Shown here: positions 6,615 through 11,632 of the stretch, piece by piece
How positions within the stretch are numbered: the stretch's first letter is position 1
How the letters are laid out: every line of letters starts with the position of its first letter
Notes under the pieces: model-generated
The model's input: only the letters and a program-made list of their open reading frames with translations
The model's database searches: none
What the model was told of the DNA's origin: nothing
Program-made: the position numbers and the translations under genes
Assembly (NCBI GenBank): GCA_040902005.1
Contig: JBBDYA010000129.1
Coordinates: 47,990-59,621, forward strand
Length of the DNA: 11,632 bases
From: Gemmatimonadaceae bacterium
GTDB lineage: Bacteria > Gemmatimonadota > Gemmatimonadetes > Gemmatimonadales > Gemmatimonadaceae
Direction of reading: 5' to 3'

Positions 6615-7940
6615 ATGACCCTTCCCTCCACGTCACCAGGCACGCCACCGGAGCTGAACCCAGCGTCGTCGCCGGCAGCCGCGATGGGCCGTCCGCCGTC
6701 ACCATCGATGTTCACGCCGCTGGCGGACGGCGGCGCCGAGCCCTCCCAGCCGTCATCAGAAATTCGAGAGGCGCTGCTGCGCGACCAGGCGGAGTTGCAG
6801 CAGGAGGTCATCCAGTGGCAGCGGTGGGTGCGGTATCTCGCGCTGGTCGTGCTGCTGGTCGCTGGCTTCGTGCTGACCCGCGACGACGCCAGTCAGTCCT
6901 TCCTGCCGTTGCTCGCGATCGGTGTCGCCTATGTGATCGTGGTGTATGCCGCCGGCTGGGCGGTACAGCACTCGTCACCGGAACAGCCCAGCCCGTGGCT
7001 ACCCGCGCTGCTGGTCACGGCGGATCTGGTGATGATGGGCGCGATCTTCTACGTGTCGGCGGTGCCGCTGATCCACAACCGGTTCCTGATTCTCGCACTG
7101 CTGCCGGTGCCACTCGCGGCCTTCTATTTCGGCTGGGGGCTGGGGGTGTATGCGACGGTGCTTTCCGCGACGATCTACGTGCTCATCGCGCGGGTGCTCC
7201 CGCCGTTCGTCGCGGGACCACCACCGATCAGTGTGGTGGCCAACGTTGCCCTCTTCACGCTCTCCGCCGGCGTCCTGACCTACACCTTCGGCCGATTCCG
7301 CGCGCGCATGAACCGGCTGCGCCTGTTCTGCAAGCTGGTGGAGGAGGGCGATCTCACCAGCAGCCTGGATCTGACGAGCGCGAGATACCCGGATGACCTC
7401 ACGCTCCTTGCGCGCAGCTTCGACGCGATGCGCAATGGGCTCGCCGAGCAGATCGGAACAGATCCGCTCACGGCGTGCATGAACCGGCGCGCGCTCGAGG
7501 CCAAGCTCAAGACGGATTGGCGGCATGCCAAGCGTCGCGGTACGCACGTCGCCGTGGTGGCCATCGACCTGGATCACTTCAAGCAGATCAACGACACGCG
7601 TGGACACCCCGTTGGCGACGTCGTGTTGCAGCAGCTCGCCGGCATCATGAAGGGCACGGCGCGCGATACAGACGCGGTGGCGCGATTTGGCGGGGACGAG
7701 TTCGTCATTCTCCTCCCGGACACGGGATGGCAGGGCGCGCTGACGTTCGCCGAGCGACTCCGCCGGCGGGTGGACGACTTCACGTTCGGGCCGCCGGGTT
7801 CGCCGATGACGATCACGATCTCGGTGGGCGTCGCGCTCGCGCGCGGCACCGACCCGATCTCGCCGGAGGAGCTGCTCAAGGAAGCCGATCGCTCGCTGTA
7901 CAAGGCCAAGCAACAAGGTCGCAATCGCGTGTTCGCCTAG
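6615..7940 (+). CDS. Membrane-bound diguanylate cyclase (multi-TM sensor - HAMP - GGDEF); start uncertain
   Basis: About 6 hydrophobic helices, then a HAMP-like segment RMNRLRLFCKLVEEGDLT...DDLTLLARSFDAMRNGL, followed by TDPLT, DLDHFKQINDTRGHPVGD, I-site RDTD and ARFGGDEF. Alternative starts are GTG 6594 or later ATGs (MGRPP, MFTPL). Confidence 0.93.
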   Translation: MTLPSTSPGTPPELNPASSPAAAMGRPPSPSMFTPLADGGAEPSQPSSEIREALLRDQAELQQEVIQWQRWVRYLALVVLLVAGFVLTRDDASQSFLPLLAIGVAYVIVVYAAGWAVQHSSPEQPSPWLPALLVTADLVMMGAIFYVSAVPLIHNRFLILALLPVPLAAFYFGWGLGVYATVLSATIYVLIARVLPPFVAGPPPISVVANVALFTLSAGVLTYTFGRFRARMNRLRLFCKLVEEGDLTSSLDLTSARYPDDLTLLARSFDAMRNGLAEQIGTDPLTACMNRRALEAKLKTDWRHAKRRGTHVAVVAIDLDHFKQINDTRGHPVGDVVLQQLAGIMKGTARDTDAVARFGGDEFVILLPDTGWQGALTFAERLRRRVDDFTFGPPGSPMTITISVGVALARGTDPISPEELLKEADRSLYKAKQQGRNRVFA

Positions 7941-7954
7941 TGCGGGCAAGCGGG

Positions 7955-7960
7955 TAGGTT
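7955..7960 (+). promoter_or_regulatory. Putative -10 element for a leaderless transcript starting at the dehydratase GTG
   Basis: TAGGTT (TANNNT) lies 6 nt before GTG 7967. The overlapping GGGTAGG could alternatively be a weak ribosome-binding site. Confidence 0.45.
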
Positions 7961-7966
7961 TCCACC

Positions 7967-8929
7967 GTGACCGCCGCTGCCTCCGACCTCATCACGATCG
8001 CCGATCTGGAGGCAGCCGAGACCGCCCTGCGCGGTGTCGCGGTGCACACGCCCCTTCTTCCCGCGCCCTTTCTGGGCGAAGGCATCTTCCTCAAGCCGGA
8101 GATGCTGCAGCGGGGGGGCGCCTTCAAGTTTCGGGGCGCGTACAATTTCCTGACGCGGCTCGATCCCGGGGTGCGCGCCCGGGGGGTCGTGGCGCCCTCG
8201 TCCGGCAACCACGCGCAGGCAGTCGCACTCGCGGCGCAATTGCTTGGCGTCCCCGCCATCGTTGTCATGCCGACGACGGTGACCGCTGCCAAACGCGGTG
8301 GCGCGGAGCGGCTGGGCGCCCGCATCGAGCTCGCGGGTACCACCACGGCTGACCGCATGGAGCGGGCGCTCGCGATCGCCCGTGACGAGGGGGCCACGCT
8401 CGTGCCGCCGTACGACCACCCGCTCATCATCGCGGGGCAAGGGACCGTGGGGCTGGAAATCGTGCGCGACCTGCCCGAGGTGAAGACCGTGCTGGTCCCG
8501 GTGGGGGGCGGCGGCCTGAGCGCAGGCGTGGCCGCCGCCGTGAAGCTGCGGCGCCCGAATGCGCGTGTGGTGGGCGTGGAGCCGTCGGGTGCCCCGAAAC
8601 TGTCTCGGGCTCGCGCGGCAGGAGCGCCCGTGAAGCTCGACACGTCCGCGAGCATCGCCGACGGTCTGCTGGCGGTGGAAGTGGGGCATCTCACGTTCGC
8701 GCACCACCGGCGATATCTGGACGACGTGGTGCTCGTGGATGACGACGCGATGTGCCGCGCGATGCGCGCGCTGCTCGATCGAGCGAAACTGGTGACCGAG
8801 CCGAGCGGCGCCATCACCGCGGCCGCGATCATGGAGCGCGCCGTCACGTGGAGCGGCCCGACAGTCGTGGTGCTGAGCGGCGGGAACATCGAGTGGGAAG
8901 GACTGTCAGCGAGTTTGGGGAAGGGGTAA
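7967..8929 (+). CDS. PLP-dependent fold-type II threonine/serine dehydratase / serine-racemase-family enzyme without ACT domain, 320 aa
   Basis: FLKPEMLQRGGAFKFRGAYN (PLP Lys), SSGNHAQ, PPYDHPLIIAGQGTVGLE, VPVGGGGL phosphate loop, SIADG, EPSGA and LSGGN. The protein ends right after the catalytic core. Confidence 0.93.
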   Translation: MTAAASDLITIADLEAAETALRGVAVHTPLLPAPFLGEGIFLKPEMLQRGGAFKFRGAYNFLTRLDPGVRARGVVAPSSGNHAQAVALAAQLLGVPAIVVMPTTVTAAKRGGAERLGARIELAGTTTADRMERALAIARDEGATLVPPYDHPLIIAGQGTVGLEIVRDLPEVKTVLVPVGGGGLSAGVAAAVKLRRPNARVVGVEPSGAPKLSRARAAGAPVKLDTSASIADGLLAVEVGHLTFAHHRRYLDDVVLVDDDAMCRAMRALLDRAKLVTEPSGAITAAAIMERAVTWSGPTVVVLSGGNIEWEGLSASLGKG

Positions 8930-10398
8930 CGACGACGTCACACGTGGTGATCGCGGACGACGACCCGCGCGAGTCGGCGGTGCTTTCGTGGCTGCTGCGC
9001 GAGAGCGGGCATGAGGTATCCACCACGCGGGTGAATGATGGCCTGCTGGACCTGCTGCGCCAGCAGCCAGCGGACCTCGTGATCCTCGCCGCCACGGGCC
9101 GCGACGGCCCGGTGGATGACACGCTGCGACGCGTTCGCGCGGATGAGCACGGGCGGGCGGTGGCCATCATCGTGTCCGGCCTGGCGCGCCCCGCCGACAT
9201 GGACCTGGTGGTGCGCTCCGGCGCGGACGACTGGGTGTTCGCGCCGCTTCGCGTGCCGGACCTCCTGGGGCGGGTGGCCGCGCAACTCAACGGCCGTGCC
9301 GACGTGCGCGCCATGCGGCAAACGCTGCTGCGCAAGGAGGACGAGCTGCAGCGCGCGCAGTTCGACATCGCGACCACGCGGCAGCTGGTGGAAATCCTCA
9401 ACGAGGTGACGGCCGAACTCTCCGCCGCGGAGATCTACCGGGTGCTGGCGCGGCGCGTGGCGCGCGCGCTCGACCTGCGCCACTGCTCCATCGTGCTCGC
9501 GGACCCGGGGGAATCGGGGGGAACCGTAGTGGCGGCGTACGATGATCCATCCATCACCAATCTCCAGGTGCAGATCGAGCGCTACCCCGAGCTGGTCACG
9601 GCGCTCCGCACCAACCGCGCGGTGCTCGTTGCCGATGTGAGCGCGGACCCGATGTTCGCGGAGACGCGCGAATTGTGGCGCCGCGAGGGGCTGACACCGC
9701 CGATCCGGTCCGTGCTCGCCATCCCGTTCGCGCTCGACCGGCGGCACTCGGGCATCTTCTTCCTTCGCACCGAGCGAGGCGACCGCGCCCTCAGCGCGGA
9801 GGACGCCGACTTCGCCGAGATCGTGATCCGGGCCGCCGTGGCCGCCATCCGCCGGGCGCATGCGCTCGAGTCCACGCGGGCCGACAACCGGCGGCTGGAG
9901 GAACTGGCCACGACGGATGCGCTGACGCGGCTGATCAACCGACGCGCCCTGCTCGACCGGCTCAGCATCGAGGTGGACCGCGCCAGACGGTTCAAGAGCC
10001 AGCTCTCGCTCCTCATGCTGGACCTCGATCACTTCAAGGGTATCAACGACGAGCATGGCCACCTGGCGGGCGACGACATGCTGCGGCAGATGGGAACACT
10101 CCTCGCCGGCGTGGTGCGCACGATCGACGTGGTGGCACGGTATGGGGGCGAGGAGTTCGTGCTCATCCTCCCGGAAACAGCCACCGAGGGTGCTGCGGTG
10201 TTCGCCGAACGACTGCGGGAGCGCGTGGCGGAGGAGGCGTTCGAGCTGAATGGCGAGCGGACGTTCCATTTGACGTGCAGCATCGGCGTTGCCACCTTTC
10301 CTGCTCCTCGCGTCGCGTCTACCGAAGACCTCTTCGCCCGCGCGGATGAGGCGCTGTACCGAGCCAAATCCGGCGGTCGTAACCAGGTGTGCACCTGA
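8893..10398 (+). CDS. Diguanylate cyclase with atypical (pseudo-)receiver, GAF and GGDEF domains; start uncertain (GTG 8893 or GTG 8944)
   Basis: REC fold HVVIADDD...PADLVILA...GADDWVFAP, a coiled coil, a GAF domain (CSIVL...RAVLVADVSADP...IRSVLAIPF...GIFFL), then TDALT, DLDHFKGINDEHGHLAGD, I-site RTID, ARYGGEEF and ADEALYRAKSGGRN. Confidence 0.93.
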   Translation: MGRTVSEFGEGVTTTSHVVIADDDPRESAVLSWLLRESGHEVSTTRVNDGLLDLLRQQPADLVILAATGRDGPVDDTLRRVRADEHGRAVAIIVSGLARPADMDLVVRSGADDWVFAPLRVPDLLGRVAAQLNGRADVRAMRQTLLRKEDELQRAQFDIATTRQLVEILNEVTAELSAAEIYRVLARRVARALDLRHCSIVLADPGESGGTVVAAYDDPSITNLQVQIERYPELVTALRTNRAVLVADVSADPMFAETRELWRREGLTPPIRSVLAIPFALDRRHSGIFFLRTERGDRALSAEDADFAEIVIRAAVAAIRRAHALESTRADNRRLEELATTDALTRLINRRALLDRLSIEVDRARRFKSQLSLLMLDLDHFKGINDEHGHLAGDDMLRQMGTLLAGVVRTIDVVARYGGEEFVLILPETATEGAAVFAERLRERVAEEAFELNGERTFHLTCSIGVATFPAPRVASTEDLFARADEALYRAKSGGRNQVCT

Positions 10399-11507
10399 TG
10401 AATCGTTGTCCAACCTGTGGTGCGACGTACGCCACGGACTCCAAGTTCTGTACCAAGGATGGGACGCGGCTGGTGCCGCAGGCCGGGGGGGAGGGGGGAC
10501 CGGGACCCGGCGTACAGGCGCCGCCACAGAATCCGATGATGGTGAGCAGCCCGCGGGCCACGGCCGCGTCGAGTTCGCGCGGCGAGCCGAAGCCCGCCCT
10601 CGCCCACATGAATCTGGTGGGGCAGGTGCTGGACAAGCGCTACAAGATCGAGCGGAAACTCGGCGAAGGCGGCATGTCCTTCGTCTACCTCGCGACCGAC
10701 ATCGCCACGCAGGAGCAGTTCGCGATCAAGGTGCTCTCCGAGGCCCTCTCGCAGGACGGCAATGCCATGGCGCGCCTGCGGCGCGAGGCGGCACTCGGCA
10801 TGCGCCTCGCCCATCCGAACGTCTGCCACATCATGCGGCTTGGCGAAACGGAAGACGGGTTGGTCTACGTGGTCATGCCGTATGTGAACGGCGAGATCCT
10901 GGCCGACCGGAACAACCGCCTCGGACACCTGTCGTTGCCGGATACGGTGAAGTTCGTGAAGGACATGGCGGCCGGGCTGTCCGTCGCGCACGAGCTGAAG
11001 ATCGTGCATCGCGACCTGAAGCCGGAGAACGTGATGATCTGCCGTGGTCCCAACGCCACCGAGTATGCCGTGGTGATGGACTTCGGCCTGGCCAAGGAGC
11101 GCAAGGCGGAGGGCGAGCTCCAGAAGCTCACGGCGACCGGGATCATCCTTGGCACGCCGGAGTTCATGAGCCCCGAACAGCTGCGCGGCAAGCCGCTCGA
11201 CCCGCGCACCGACGTGTATTCGCTGGCGCTCATGACGTACGAGATGCTCACGGGCAAGCTTCCGTTCCAGGGTCGCACGCAGCAGGAAATGATGATTGCG
11301 CGGCTGCGCAGCGATCCCATACCGATCCGGCGCATGCGTCCCGACTTCGACCTGCCCGAGGGCGTGGAAAAGGCCCTCAACAAGGCGATGGCGCGGAACG
11401 CGGACGATCGATACCAGAGCGTCACGGAATTCGCTGATGCGTTCGCGGCCGGCGCGGGCGGCGTGCCCGCCGAGAGCGGACTCCTCGGAAAGCTCTTTGG
11501 CCGTTAG
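10398..11507 (+). CDS. Hanks-type Ser/Thr protein kinase with N-terminal zinc ribbon, no TM or extracellular domain, 369 aa
   Basis: ATG overlaps the upstream stop (TGATG, 10396-10400). CPTC-x10-CTKD ribbon, then LGEGGMSFVY, AIK, helix-C Glu (RREA), HRDLKPEN, DFG, GTPEFMSPEQ and TDVYSL. Catalytic motifs are intact. Confidence 0.95.
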   Translation: MNRCPTCGATYATDSKFCTKDGTRLVPQAGGEGGPGPGVQAPPQNPMMVSSPRATAASSSRGEPKPALAHMNLVGQVLDKRYKIERKLGEGGMSFVYLATDIATQEQFAIKVLSEALSQDGNAMARLRREAALGMRLAHPNVCHIMRLGETEDGLVYVVMPYVNGEILADRNNRLGHLSLPDTVKFVKDMAAGLSVAHELKIVHRDLKPENVMICRGPNATEYAVVMDFGLAKERKAEGELQKLTATGIILGTPEFMSPEQLRGKPLDPRTDVYSLALMTYEMLTGKLPFQGRTQQEMMIARLRSDPIPIRRMRPDFDLPEGVEKALNKAMARNADDRYQSVTEFADAFAAGAGGVPAESGLLGKLFGR

Positions 11508-11562
11508 GGACGCTCTGAAAAAAGGGCGAGTAGGAAGCGCGATAGCTCCCCGTGGCGCGAGC

Positions 11563-11632
11563 CAGTATCAATACTGAGACGACTATGCGGAACTCCTCCC
11601 AAGTGCATCCGAGCCGCCGCCTCAGTATTGAT
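11563..11632. repeat. Inverted-repeat element, possibly truncated by the window edge
   Basis: Perfect 12-bp arms ATCAATACTGAG (11567-11578) and CTCAGTATTGAT (11621-11632), 42 bp apart. The left arm is itself part of the palindrome CAGTAT-CA-ATACTG (11563-11576). Confidence 0.8.

Noticed and set aside
7560..10160. Possibility that either GGDEF is a Hypr (3',3'-cGAMP) synthase or is catalytically dead
   Set aside because: Both keep the guanine-specifying Asp (GHPVGD, GHLAGD), where Hypr enzymes have Ser/Thr, and both have intact GG(D/E)EF and DxDxFK motifs.
10485..10504. G-run cluster (G7-A-G6-ACC-G3) as a G-quadruplex or phase-variable tract
   Set aside because: It is explained by Gly codons in the GGEGGPG linker, the frame is intact, and there is no independent support.
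8938..11437. Long shadow ORFs (8938-10527 minus, 10029-11009 minus, 10289-11437 plus)
   Set aside because: They overlap well-supported DGC and kinase genes and have Arg/Ala/Pro-rich or antisense-mirror composition typical of high-GC DNA.
11511..11528. Hairpin CGCTCT-GAAAAA-AGGGCG after the kinase stop as a terminator
   Set aside because: It is a short stem with a G-U pair, with the A-run in the loop and no downstream U-tract.
11585..11632. Open frame MRNSSQVHPSRRLSID running off the right edge
   Set aside because: Only 16 codons are visible, lying inside the inverted repeat with no clear RBS, so it cannot be supported without flanking sequence.

Overview
GC-rich bacterial chromosomal window with no mobile element, CRISPR array or RNA gene recognised. 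The gene repertoire and sequence style suggest Gemmatimonadota, which is inference only. Left to right it holds: the 5' part of sucB (minus strand, absent from the ORF track); a divergent trio of MDR/quinone-oxidoreductase-like dehydrogenase, 74-aa Zn-ribbon protein and CmpX/TM_helix-type membrane protein; a stand-alone gyrA behind an AT-rich, palindrome-bearing promoter; a convergent YcsG-like (NRAMP-superfamily) transporter; and a four-gene signalling cluster. That cluster comprises a membrane HAMP-GGDEF cyclase, a PLP Ser/Thr dehydratase/racemase-type enzyme, a pseudo-receiver-GAF-GGDEF cyclase, and a translationally coupled Zn-ribbon Ser/Thr kinase with a MinD-like amphipathic tail. This cluster is the best candidate for an uncharacterised system. 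Other points of interest are two bidirectional -10 elements with identical geometry, apparently leaderless starts, a long imperfect dyad over the gyrA promoter, and an inverted-repeat element at the right edge.
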